NCBI GenBank assembly: GCA_964276515.1
Contig: OZ193909.1
Span: 2,976,001-3,040,000, forward strand
Reading direction: 5' to 3'
Length of the DNA: 64,000 bases
From: Gordius albopunctatus
Taxonomy: Eukaryota
The notes beneath the pieces were generated by a model. That model searched no databases, had not been told where the DNA came from, and was given only the letters and a program-made list of their open reading frames with translations. The translations under genes and the position numbers were made by a program. Shown here one piece after another: positions 12,531 to 25,730 of this stretch (the first letter of the stretch is position 1; every line of letters begins with the position of its first letter).

Positions 12531-15221
12531 ACAAGTTAAAAGAAACGTGTGAATATAGAGAAAAATTAAAAACAACTAAAGTACAAACCACCAATATAGG
12601 TGGCAGTATTAGAAAACATATTGATTATTTTTTGTTAAAGCTTCTATTCAGATCTTTAAGTTACAACTGTGACATTTGTCACCAAGGTATGATGACAAAT
12701 TTATTTTAAATATTTTTAAAAACTTTATGGCATCCTAAGCTATCATTTTTCGTGAAAAGAATGTATTTAGCCTATAGATGACGATTAAGACTACTGTCAC
12801 CACTTAATTTTTATATTTTAAATAATTTTATTTTACATCCGAATGACATCATAAATCAAACTCGTGACGGATACATTATTTTCGTATAAATTGATGTTTT
12901 CTAGCTGGTTATCATGGCTTTTTTTTCAAGCGTGTGCTGTTTGATTTGATTTTGCCTTCCAAGATTGGAAACATTAAGCTTTTTCATTTATTACTCCTTC
13001 AACCCGGTTAAATCGGCAAATGTACCCAGATTTAATAGGATTAGTGGAGGATATATAATGCCTCCTCAGGTCATGGTTAGACCATTTTTGTCATATTAAT
13101 AGCATTATGGAGGGGGCGGTCTTACTTACTTATCTTTGGTGTTTAAAACGATATATTTTTTGAGGTACACTTTGAATTAGAATTGTTTTTTACAAATTCT
13201 AAAAGTTATTAAAATATTAAATACAAAATTGAATATATTTCGAGGAAAAAGAAATGTGCTATTTATACATTATTGTATTTAATTCTTACTAATGTGTCTA
13301 TTCCATTTTAGAATTGCTATGCAGCTGTTCTGTTATTGATGTTTCTATAAAAAAATATATTATACATTATTAACCCTAGTGGAAGCAGTTGCATAACCTT
13401 ATTATTTGGTATTTGACACTTTAAATAACAGTTATTTGAGTTATCGAAACCCTGAGTCAAATAAAATATCTAATCATTTTTTTCTATAAGAGTTAAAATA
13501 CCAATTAATAATTAGTGTATGTTTGCTGCTGATTAAAATAATGTTCTAATAAATCAATATTGTAACGTACAACTTGTAATTTTAGTTAATAATAGTGTAC
13601 CTAAAGTAAATTTACCATAATTTTAAAGTTCAAAATTTGATGAAATAATTAGTTAACCATTAAAATATATATAAAAAATGGTGTAGATCTGAATTTGCTA
13701 AAGTAACAACATTTTACCTATTTTATATCAACTATTTTAAATGCTTTTTAATTAAAAATTAGTTAATACCTTTTAATTTAATGTTTTTTTCATAGGCTCA
13801 TAGACCTAAGGTATTCTAACAAAATTGTACTGAAATCTTAACCGAATCGTGAGATTCCTATTCACTCTTATAATTTAAATTAATTTTTCAGCCTAAACAA
13901 AATTTCTTTCCTAACGCTGTGATCTCTCATATCTACAATGTAATAAATTTAAATACTGCTGGTTTTATGTAAATCTGTCAAGACCTAACATAACAAAGTT
14001 TTTTTAAAGTTTTGTTATGTCCAAACGTGATCCTTTGGTTATAAAGATTTTATTTAGTAAAAGGACATAACGTTATATTTGAAGGGAATCATCTAACTCA
14101 TTGATATGCATTAAAATGTTTTTAAAACATGATCATCAAATACACATAGATCTTTTATTAAGGTGCTGATAAATATAGAGTGATAAGTTGCCAGCTAAAT
14201 TTATAACTTATAAATATAAAAGCATATTAAAGTTGATATACCTCGACGTATATAATGTTAAATATTCATGAGGCCACTAACACCATATGTACTTCTTATG
14301 TAACTATCTTTTTAACAGATATAAAAATAGCTTGGTTTTTAGTTATTGTGTTCAAATGACTTTTTCAAGTTCTTATGAAGCTAAAAGTATACTTTATTAA
14401 TACAAATTATTCTTTAGTGATGATGATAGTATAAAGACTAGTAATTCAAAACTAACCTTAATATTAAGTCTAATTTGTTTTTACGCATAAATTTGAATAT
14501 ATTCGGCAAAAATTGACTAAATTCAAAGATTGTTGTGTTAGTATAAAATAACTTAGCCCCCATACATTATCTCTTAAGTTTACAAATATACGATATTTTT
14601 GGCGTAAAATTATTAATATCAAAGGGCTGTCTAATATTTTTTATGTTTGTATATATAAAAATTATTTAATATATTGCTTTACATATTAAATAATGAATAC
14701 TTAAATATAATATGTAGCTAAGTTGCTAATTTTAGAATAAGATTTAAATTAATAATATGTAATTTTACCGCAACTCTCATCAATGGAGGTTTAATGCTTA
14801 ATCCATAAATTAAAAATTCCTCGAGATTAAAACACAATTGGTGATTAAGAAATTTGGTTTTAATAATGGTCCAATCGGATTGATAAATATAAAGACTAAT
14901 AAAATTAAAAAGTGTTTCTTACCCTGACCTATGGTCTATTGAATATACTCAGTAATTCTTAGTCCATTATAGAATAAATTTGGTTTATAATGGTCTAATC
15001 TGATCCATAAAGGAAGCGAATAAAGAAATTATTGATTAAATTTAAATCGGAATGCAAATTGACATAAATTCTTAGTAAGAGTCAACATAATTATATATGA
15101 TATGCATTTAAAGATTAACACGTATTAAATATATTATATTATAAATATGGTTTTATAGTAATAAAATTTAGTGTTTTATATATAATATGATACATTTTTT
15201 TCATGTAAATAACCCTTAGAC

Positions 15222-16976
15222 TTAAATGGCAAAATCACTGATATTTTTTGATTCTAGTGCTCCCTTTTTTTTCTCACTTGGGAAAATTTGTTTTGAATGG
15301 TGAGAACTAATACTTGGGAATTGTAGCACTTTATTGTCGAAGGTTGTAGTATGTATTGTAACTGCAGGAATAGTTTCGTTAATCTCATCACCAATTCTGT
15401 CTCTAGTTGCTATGCAAAAACTTGTCTCCGCTTCAGGATTGTAAAAAGATTTTTCAGGAACTTTATTTTTTTTATCAGATGCCTTGTCACTAGTGTTGTT
15501 AGCTCGACCTTCAGATTCAGGAAGTATATTTAAAGTACGACATCTCCTTCTTATAGCATTAAAGCAGGGAGACGAAAACAGTTTTTGAAATCCAACTTTA
15601 AAGTTATCACTCAAAAAAGCATATAATATAGGATTCATACAAGAGTTGGCGTAGGCTAAACAATACACAAACATGGATATGTATATAGTATGAGGAGGCA
15701 TGGGTTTATTTCTGAATCCTAAAATTAATTGAAGTACCCAATATGGTGTCCAGCAGCTGACATATACGGTTATTATAGTCATCACCATGGTAGTGACCTT
15801 ACGTAAACTTTTTTTCTTTCGTTTTTGTTGAGCGCTGTCTTTAAGTACTACATTTGTACTTATGACGTTCGAGGGCTCGTCTTTTATCTGACACTCCGGG
15901 CCTAAGGTTATTTTTGAGGATTCCAATACTGAGTAAGTTACATTTCTAACGGAATCATTTATTTCCTTAATGTTTTTACACTTTTCTTTACTGGAAATAA
16001 ATTTAGCAGGTGGCATACTAACTAAACTAAGTTTTGATTCTGAAAATTCATCATTTTTACCTTGACTACATATGTTAGGACTTAGTCTTATAGGTTTTGA
16101 ACGACATAAAAGAAAAGAGATTACAGAATTATAGGATAACTTTGTTGTCTTAGTTTGTATTCCTATGTCTTTAGGACCACTCTTTTTCAATCGCGCCAAA
16201 ACGAAAAAATAGAATACTGCCGTGAGCAATACTGGGATACCATACCCAAAGGCAAATGTATACGAAGTAAAGGCTTTATTAGCATCAAAAGAAAACTTCC
16301 GTTTGGTGTAGACACTAGTGCCATTTATATTAGTCCCGTAGGTTTGTAATCTAGGTTCGGGCCAAACAACTTGACAACTGTATATATCTTCTCCCTTTAA
16401 AGCATTCCGACTCACTACGACCGTCCTAGCATGTCTCATAATTGGAATCATGATTAAAGTGGCGAATATCCATATACAAGCGCAAACGGTTTTGGCTATA
16501 TTGGGTCGGCGATATTTCCTGCCGGCTGTCAGTGCCAAATAAACGGCAACAAAACGGTCCCCTGATAATACGAGGTAAAATACGCTACTGACAAATTGAT
16601 TCACGTTCGCTGTTATCCAGTAGGCTTTACAAACGACATACCCAAACGGCCATCGCATTAGGACCATAGTGGTGACAAGGAAGGGTATACCAGTCAAAAA
16701 CATTACATCCGCAATGGCCAGATTTAAAATATAAAGGTTGGTTACGGATTTCATTTTGGGAAAGCGCAAAATTATGTATATGACGGATAAATTGCCCGCT
16801 AATCCAACAGCACAAATAGACATGTATACCACTAATACCATAATATAGGGGCCCGAGAGCTTGAATTCAACGAATGTTGATTGAGGTACGTCATCTGTGG
16901 AATATTTAATTGTAGACGTTGATAGTAATGTTGAATCGAAAGTGCTCGAAGACGAGTGATAATCAGGGGTTGACAT
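15222..16976 (-). CDS. Class A neuropeptide GPCR, somatostatin / allatostatin-C receptor-like (584 aa, intronless CDS)
   Basis: Uninterrupted 584-aa ORF with seven hydrophobic segments. Motifs GLAGN (TM1), KMKSVTNLYILNLAIAD (TM2), DRF (TM3), CWTPYW (TM6) and YANSCMNPILYAFLSDNFK (TM7/helix 8) are characteristic of SSTR/AstC receptors. Confidence 0.9.
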   Translation of the reverse strand: MSTPDYHSSSSTFDSTLLSTSTIKYSTDDVPQSTFVEFKLSGPYIMVLVVYMSICAVGLAGNLSVIYIILRFPKMKSVTNLYILNLAIADVMFLTGIPFLVTTMVLMRWPFGYVVCKAYWITANVNQFVSSVFYLVLSGDRFVAVYLALTAGRKYRRPNIAKTVCACIWIFATLIMIPIMRHARTVVVSRNALKGEDIYSCQVVWPEPRLQTYGTNINGTSVYTKRKFSFDANKAFTSYTFAFGYGIPVLLTAVFYFFVLARLKKSGPKDIGIQTKTTKLSYNSVISFLLCRSKPIRLSPNICSQGKNDEFSESKLSLVSMPPAKFISSKEKCKNIKEINDSVRNVTYSVLESSKITLGPECQIKDEPSNVISTNVVLKDSAQQKRKKKSLRKVTTMVMTIITVYVSCWTPYWVLQLILGFRNKPMPPHTIYISMFVYCLAYANSCMNPILYAFLSDNFKVGFQKLFSSPCFNAIRRRCRTLNILPESEGRANNTSDKASDKKNKVPEKSFYNPEAETSFCIATRDRIGDEINETIPAVTIHTTTFDNKVLQFPSISSHHSKQIFPSEKKKGALESKNISDFAI

Positions 16977-18576
16977 TGCACGTAAAGATCCCGTTTAGTT
17001 AAACGATTTTAGTCGCTATTTAGGTTTTAAATAAATAAATAAATCTCTTTTAATGGCTGCCATTATATATAAAATAATGTTATAAACGACAATTTAGATA
17101 AAAAGTGTTGTAAATTATCACCTGCTAATATAAACATGCAGTGTATTAAAAAATTTAGTGAAGAATACTAATCATTTATATGTAAAATTTTTAATAAGAA
17201 ATGGTGGGGTTAGATAGATGAAATGAATAGGGGGACAAAGGGAGTCCTACACAAGAATGTTTGAATAAATGAAAAATATAATTCAGTGATCCGAATTGTA
17301 GTATTACCTTTCTACCGCTTCAACTATTGATCAATCCAATCTAACTAACTATTGCTTAGATTGCTTAATATAATTATCACCTTTAAAAATCATAACAATT
17401 AATTATATAGTGTTATTAATCTCATTTTTACATGACATGAATACATTTAAATGTCAGTGAGTAAATTAATAATTAAAATAATTATTAATTATTAATTACA
17501 TTTTCGTTATTAAATTGATACACTTTCAACAAATATACGTTTGAGTTACTTTTATAATTTGCACGAAACTTAATTAATCAATGTTATGTTCAGTAAAGTA
17601 TATAACAACATTAATTTCACATAACAAATTATATATTGAAGATATACAATTTGCTGTTACACATTTTGTAAGCAACGTTTTGTTACTATCTTTGACATTG
17701 TATTTTTAATTAATCTACTAATGAGTCTTTAAAAAATAACGAAATAACTTCCGAAAATTCAATTCATTTTATATGGAAATGTAATTTAAATAGATTGTTT
17801 TATTTATAAAACGTTGCTTTAAACTAGAGTTACTAAGGTTTTTAAGCTGTTTGTATAATTTTAGTTCTTCAAGCGTAACGATTATAGCGATAGTTGCTTT
17901 TCATTCCTATAAAAATACCATTAAGTTTATAGTATAAAATGAATAATCAGATTATTTATTTTTTAGCTTTTAATAGTATTTTAAGTGAAAAAATAATTAT
18001 AGTAAAACATATTTTAATGAATCAGATCTTTTTAACCTGTTTAGGGAAAATCAGCTAAGAGATTTAATTCAAAGAAATCTACTCCCGAAAAAAATAAATT
18101 GTTGGTTTTTTATAAGAAAGAGAAATAAGAAGGTATTGTTCTATTTTTAAGGCCAATCAATCTTAAAATTGAAACAATTTTAAACATTATTTCAATATAA
18201 AACTATAACCAACATTTTAGATTTTGGAATATTTTTATAATAATCTAATTTTTTATACCTTTTTCCTGAAATGAATAGATAATGAATACTTTCATATAAG
18301 GGAAATAACATATTAAAATGAAGATTTCAAAGTTGTATAAACCTTTTTGATTATATTTTCCCTTGACTCTATTATAGAAAATAAAATCGATCCAAATATA
18401 TAAATTGCATAGTAATTAATAATTTATCCAAAACTTAATCATACTTTCATAACATAATAATGATATATTAACACAAGACACCACCTGCTTTATACAAAAA
18501 TGGACCATTAGGGACCTGCTAATCGCAAATTGATCAAACCAGATCTTAACTCCTAATTACTAGTAATGAAGCCAGC

Positions 18577-18728
18577 CATGGGCATAGCCAGGTTTTGGAT
18601 TAGGGGGTAGGGCAAAACGTTCAAAAGTTCAATTGGAAGGGGGGGGGGCAAAACGTAAATCTTTTTTAATTTTTAAGGGTTTTTGCATTGAAAAGAAGTT
18701 TTTGCCCCTCCCACCGGCTACGCTCATG
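18577..18728. mobile_element. Short MITE of the abundant CATGGGCGTAGCC family
   Basis: TIR CATGGGCATAGCC / GGCTACGCTCATG and TSD AAGCCAGC. Related copies lie at about 848-1017, 24657-24829, 28411-28545, 29528-29693, 31213-31354, 41625-41716, 43550-43625, 43865-44004 and 46373-46526. Confidence 0.85.
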
Positions 18729-21700
18729 AAGCCAGCAGAATTCTGTAGACTTAATTTAATGTTGTGTTTAAATTCCGTGCAACGCTCTATTTCTAGTTTA
18801 AAGATTTAGACTCAATAAAAATTTAAAAAAAACAAGAAATTTTTTAATAAGATAGTTACCGCCTAGACGTTTAAAGCCGTCTGTATTTTGGCCATAGATT
18901 TACCGACTTTTATTTATAAGAGTTTTTCAGATATTTATTTGAGATTAACCTTATTGACAATTTAATTGCAGTATAATTATTTTATTATATAACCTGCCAA
19001 TTGCAGACATTATAAGCATTTGCGTGACGGAACAAATTAAAATTAAAGAATAGCTACTCTATAAGAGTTATAAATCACAATTTTATCGTGTCTTAAGGGG
19101 TGCTAGTTGATCCTAAATCTTGTTGGCAAATCCGATATTCGTATATTTTGATTCTATTTGAGAAAAAAATTTTGATGCTTCGTTTAAAATTGCAAGCAAC
19201 TTTAAGTTAATTTATTTATTTCTATGATAGTTTACATTGTCGAGCACTCTTTCTCGACAATTCTCATTACTCAAGCAAAATTTTTCAACATATTAATAAA
19301 ATTTTCCTATTTTATCTTATTCCCTACAATAATCAAGAAATTAAAACTATATTTAAACTTGATAAGAAAATGTAAAAAATGTAAGCATCAAAATATACTC
19401 AAGCATTGCTAGTTTATTATATATCTATAAAATCTTTTTGAATTATTAAACAAAATACTTTAATTTTTTAAATTGTAAATTGAGTTTTATTTTAATCAAA
19501 ATTGATATTTATTAACCATTTCGCACTGATGGGTCGATAGAATTGAATACGGGATAATAGTATTTAAATGATCGTTAATCTTTAAGCAAGTTAAAATTTG
19601 TAAAAATACAGGTTATCCATTTTTGCAAATTGCAATTAAATTAAAATATAGATAGCTATGATAAATTTGCTGACCCTTAAACTTGATTAATCATATGTAT
19701 TAATCTGCATGACTAATGAATTACCTTTTATTTATTAGACCAAATTATTTTTTTATTAGAAATTTTTAGACTTTATTGAAATATAAAGAAACATATCGGA
19801 AAAAATATATATAGAGAGAGAGCTTCTTTGAAGCCAAATTTTAATTTAGCTTTATGGCTTACAACGGTGTCCTATTTTATTTAATGAAATTTATAAATTA
19901 TTTACCTTTTATGACTACGCTTTTATAGTTGGTTGATAATAAAAAAAGCAATAAAATTATACAATTCTTATTAAGTCATAAAATAAGCACAGAAAGTAAG
20001 TTACATTTTTGTTTGCTTCGTCAATCTACTAAATTATATACCATTAATCTTACAAATTTCTATTTTCTAATATTCTCTCCTCATATATTATGCATGAGAT
20101 GCTCAAATTATCTAAAGTCGATATACGATCTAGTATCTCTTTAATATAAAAATTTAAGAAGATAATCAAAGATAAGTTGTTAAACAAGTAATATAAACTG
20201 CAAGAATCCAATTCAACTATTAATTTTGACAATAAAATTGCGCTGATTTTCTACTTAAGAAAATTACATCTAAAAAACTTTCAATTATTTGCTACACTCA
20301 GGATGGTTTTGTTGTGGGAAAAATATATTAGCTTTTATAATCATTATAAAAACAATTCACGTAGTAGTCTTGTTAGTCTTGTTATCGTGTAAAATAAATT
20401 TGTCAATTGTCATTAAGATGCGCTGAGTATCATTCATATGTACAATTTTAAGTTTTCAGCGTTAATGTATCCTAAATAACTTGTCACGTTTATAACGTGA
20501 CTTAAAATTGCTTTCAGTGTGGTTACTTATTTACAAAAGTACCTTCTCAATTTCTCATGTATCTTAATTATTTTGCCCTTTAAACAAATAACATAAGTTT
20601 TTCTTCCCAAACATACAAAAAATAGATATAATGAATGATTTTTTAAAGTTTATAGACTGTTTTGGTTCTTTAGATAGACCTCGTACAAACATTTTCTTCA
20701 AATTTCGATGACAATGGGTTTAATATTCTATAGGTTTAATATGTAAATGTTCTTAATTTAATTTATATTAAGCTTATAATTTATAGTCCAATATATGACT
20801 TAATGAAAGTGGCATTAACTTTTCACAGGAAGCCTGAGCCAGGTTTCTGCTACACCTCGACCAGTTAAAACATAATGAATTATATTATGATACAAACAAG
20901 CAATCTTTGTAAAACTACTAGATAACTATATAGAAAATAGTATTTTTACCAAAATATGCAAACTATAAAATTGGGTATTAATGAAATTCTAGTTTAAAAA
21001 ACGGATTGCGTCTATTAAAGTTAAAAGTATTAAAAGAGGTAAATTCAAGTCTTAAAATTATGTTGAAGTTGCTCAAAAAATTAGCCTGATGAATTTTATC
21101 TTTCCAAAAGTTAAGGGCTCTTTAACTTGAAGCATGATTGAATTATGCAGAGAGATAAATCAAATTAAAAATTTTAACAAATTATGTCGAAAATACGGTT
21201 ATTAGATGATTTATTGATCCTATAGACTCTATATATCCCGAAAGTTTAGACCTAAAAATAGCTATAAGCCAATCTCCTGATGGTCTCGATGGATAAAATT
21301 GTGAAGGTTTCGTAATAAAAACTAAAGTATTGAATGATTTTAGATAAAACAATTGCAACTTTTTTGATACGAAAACAGTTTTTTATTTTCGTTGTTAAAA
21401 AGAAATGCAGAATCTATCTGCAAGTTTGTGAGCACAGATTTGTTTTAAATTGCCTGGTAATAATAACTCGCAAATTAATTGCAAACATGTCGACTATTGA
21501 TTTAAATTTATTTTTTTCTATTAAATGGGGGGCATAATCATATTTTCTAATTACAACAAAAATAGCCAAATATAGGAGTAGTTAATAATAATGGTCTATG
21601 TATGTATTAGTGCCCATCATTAACAGATAATAATTAAACAATGATGAGTGTTTCAACTTTTATTTTAACTCATAAACTTGATTTTAACTTCAACCATGAA

Positions 21701-22469
21701 TCTATTATAAAAATGAAGCAGTAATTCTATATGTGTGTTATTTAACATATACTAATCATAAATGTAGTTTATCAATTTAGGATCGATTAAAATAATAATT
21801 TATATGATTTGTTACATTTATTTTAAAACTAAAATCAATATTTATCATATCAATCCTCTGGCTATTATTAGATTTTTGTTTTCACATATATAGATAATTT
21901 GAGTTCTTGGTTATTAGTTGTAATCTATGCAAACCAAAAATAATGGATATCTCTATGCCAAAATGCGAATATTTGGAAATATATTATAAGAGGGGGGGGG
22001 TTTACCATTTGAAAAACAAGTCAACGCGCAACTTTCCATTATAAAAGTTACTTTGTTTTAAGATTTTAAAAATTAGTTACTATAAGGCTGATGCCTGATT
22101 AGTTAATTCTCTACGACACTTGATTTATTTGCTGACCCATATGGACGGCTCTATCAAAATTATGGTAAATAAAAATTGGGTAAAATAAAATAAAAATGAA
22201 TTAAGTATTTTAGATTTTTAACAGGCACTATTAAAATGTAAACTTGCGATTATAATAAAAATCGTAGTATACCTTTCGATAAAGTGAGAAGTTGGAATTA
22301 AACTAGTTCCCTTATGCGGGAAGAAACGATTAACATGAGTTAGTATATTTTTTCAGGAACACGCTATCTTATTATTATTCTGAGAACATAAAGTTTTATT
22401 CCAAAGAAAGCTATGATTTTAATAATATATCTTTATTTAAAAAAACAATGTTCAATTTTTCGTCCTTAA

Positions 22470-23526
22470 TCTATATATATAAAGTAAAGTTTTTGTATGT
22501 GTGTATGTATGTGGATAAGGGCTGAACTCTGAAATTACCGACCCGATTCGCGAGAAACTTTACCCGTAGTTAGAGGCCTGCAAAGTCATTTTTTTTCAAC
22601 CCGACACAACCCGAAAGCGTTTTTAAATTTTGAACCCGACCCGACCCGAAAACCATTTTTAATTTTCAATCCAAACGCGACCAAATAGAAAAATTTGAGG
22701 GTGAAAAATTTATTTGACAGAAATGATCATACAAAATTTGATCAATATATTTATTAAATTGATTTACTATAATGATGTATAAATATTGTCGCGTCTACAA
22801 TTTCAGGGCGTAAATTTGACCTTCTCTCTTCTATAATTCTACCAGCAGTGGAAAAGAACCTCTCACTACTGGTAGAAGAAGCGGGTATGGCCAAATATTT
22901 ATTGGCCAATTCGGACAATGCCGGATAGACTATAAACAATAATAAATATTCATTTGTTAATATTTTACCTTTCTTAATTCGGCTTTAAATTTAAATTTGC
23001 CTCTAAATTAAACGAATTAAAAAAATAGAAAAGGAAATTGGTTATATGAATAATGATTATAATTAGTTATATAATTCGATATTGTTTTACAAAAATTATA
23101 GATAATAGCATTATAGCTTTTGCAGAATCCTAAAACTCCTTTTATTTTTAAAATATCGGACATTTATCGGATATTTCCCGACCAGCTTCATTTATAGCAT
23201 CATATACAATAATGACGTCATTTTTTTCATATTAAACAAAGTGATGCGAATGATAAAAAAGGTATTATTTAAGAGTGGTTAAGAAAATATAACCGGTAGG
23301 CCAACAACCCCCCAGGAAAAAATAAATAAAAAAATTTCTCTCGCCTGCATTCCCCGACAAACTCCTTACCTGCAATTATTTATTTACGTTTACTTACAAT
23401 CGATTGTAAAAATAAGACTACAATTTAGATGAAACTTCTGCAAAAAATATCCCCACACTTATAGTAAGTTAGTTAATTAGCCAGACATAATGTATATGGC
23501 AAAACAACGTTTGCCGGGTCGGCTAG
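22470..23526 (+). mobile_element. Non-autonomous Helitron
   Basis: 5' end A|TCTATATATATAAAG followed by a GTAT/GT microsatellite. 3' hairpin GGCAAAACAACGTTTGCC followed by CTAG|T. Inserted between A and T with no TSD. Confidence 0.85.
22571..23100 (-). mobile_element. Truncated hAT element inside the Helitron, with a dimerization-domain remnant (22754-22939)
   Basis: End TAGAGGCCTGCA, ACCCG repeats and the peptide YPALSELANKYLAIPASSTSSERFFSTAGRIIEERRSNL. Bases 22930-23080 are the reverse complement of about 54300-54450. Confidence 0.8.
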
Positions 23527-25362
23527 TGTTATATAGATCGATAAGTCTAACAGGAAATGAATAAAGATAATTAGATTAAGTAAGTTTGAAGGTGTTTTAA
23601 TGCTAGGCATATTTCAAGCGGAAATCTTGGGAATCACAACAAATATATGATGGAAAATTAAAATAATCAAAAGCTTGTTGTTATATTTGATAATTAAAAA
23701 ATTACATTCTCATTAGTAACTAAATAGATTTAATAAAAAGGTAATAGAAATCCATCAATAACGCTAAGTACACATTTGACAATTTATAGTGACGTAAAAC
23801 TTAGATCTCCGAGACCTTATTTATCAGCTATAATATTTTTTTCTTTAATATATTAAACTAAGTTTATTGCAATTTTTTATTATGTAAGTAATTAATATGA
23901 TGTTGTAGATTATATAGCATTAAAACAATTTTAAGTTGCATTGCAAGCAACACGAGGTAAATTTAAAAGCACTTTAATTAAAAACCAAAATGGCAAACGG
24001 CTTTCATTTTATTAACTCTATTCTATGTATATTTAATTAAAAGTTTTAGCCTTAGGCAATTAATCAAGTCAAGTATTGTCTGAATAATGAGCAACCTCTT
24101 ATTATTATTATTTCCAAACATAGAAAGAAAGACTAATGAATTTTAGTTATAAACGTAGCACGCTAGCAAGAATTAATTTGAGATAAAAATACAACTTAAA
24201 ACAATTTTCTGCTTCACCTAAAATTACCATCTCTAGTAAAGATAATAGTTTGCCATTCGCGACAATTTATCACCAAAAATTAAACACAAAAAGCGCCTAA
24301 TTTATTCAAAGTGTTAATAAATTATGTCACATTAACTTGCGTAAGTATGCCAAGGTGAATTCCTAAATCGATATTTTACAATTTAAACGACCCACAATGC
24401 AGTTATTCTTATATAATTGGTCCATTAATTTAAAATCGTCCCCCATTCAACCAATCACAAAACGGGGGACCTTTTTTTAACTGGGGGACATTAAATTCCG
24501 CGAAATTTTTTTCGCCAAGTTGACGGGCCACCGTCCATGGTGCTAAGGATGCCCTTTATAACCATCTGTTTACTATCCAATCTCTCTGGGTGCTCTAACC
24601 TTATTATAAATTATTATTAGTTATGGTCTTAGTGTAATTTTGGAAAAGATCAGCGACATGGGCGTAGCCAAGGGGTGTGGGGGTAGGGAGGGGTGGCAAC
24701 CCTCCTCTAAATCCAAAATTTTGTTGAAATTTATTAAAATTATGGCTAAAATTTCAAAAAATGTTCATCTTGTCCCTCCTTAAATCATTATTGCCCCCCC
24801 CTCTACTTCCAGTGCTTACTATGCCCGTGGTGCGATACCGAATCCCGATTAATAAAAATCAATTTATAATTAATCTAAATTAAACTTGCGTAGGTGAAGG
24901 ATTAAAGTGATTCTTCAATAGACTTTATTCATACTAACAGGGATTACGCTATCTTAGGATGAAGCGCCCTTTCAAAATCCCATGATTAATCGCCTACATT
25001 TTTGTAATGTGATTTATAATACTTATACCTAATTAATCAATTCCAGCTCCCAAATATCGATCTCACGGGGTTGTAAATACATAAATATAATTGCAATGAG
25101 AGTGATTAGGGAAAGGCATACTACGAATTGAAATATTAGGCTAATCATTTGAAGGAGCGTCATAAATCAATTTTCATGATATAATTGTCATTGTATCTTA
25201 TTTATCTAACGTGTTTAGGCAGAGTAAATTTTAGTTTTCATTATAATTATCTTGTTGATACATAAATCTACTTAGTCTTTTATATGAAAATCTTAAGTTT
25301 GGTTTCTTATTTGCAATTAAAGACTAGAGTTTTAACTTCCAGATATCAAAAATAGTATTTAT

Positions 25363-25730
25363 TAGGGCTTGGCTTAATATCGGATTTTGCTGCGCATCAA
25401 AAATCGTCCTACGAGTTATAACATAGCGTGTCATAACCTCGGATTCACGGCAGATTTGCATGTCAGACGCATAACATAACAGCGATTTTGTAAGATGCAA
25501 ATTTTTTCCTAAGCTTAAATGTTGTATGTTTTTAAATTTTTAGGTATCACACCAGCGAAGCTTAGATTTAATCTCAAGAGTTTAAATAAACAAAAAAAAC
25601 GTTTTTAACTATCAAAAAACAAAATATTAATAATTACAACCGACTTCGACCCATAAAATCGAATAGGATATTTAGACACAAATAAATTCGCGCGATTTGA
25701 ATCTTGAATCCGATATTAAGACAAGCCCTT
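25363..25730. mobile_element. MITE of about 370 bp; second copy at about 47213-47502 in an EXOC1 intron
   Basis: TIR TAGGGCTTGGCTTAATATCGGATT / AATCCGATATTAAGACAAGCCCT. The interior is shared with the 47.2-kb copy. Confidence 0.8.
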
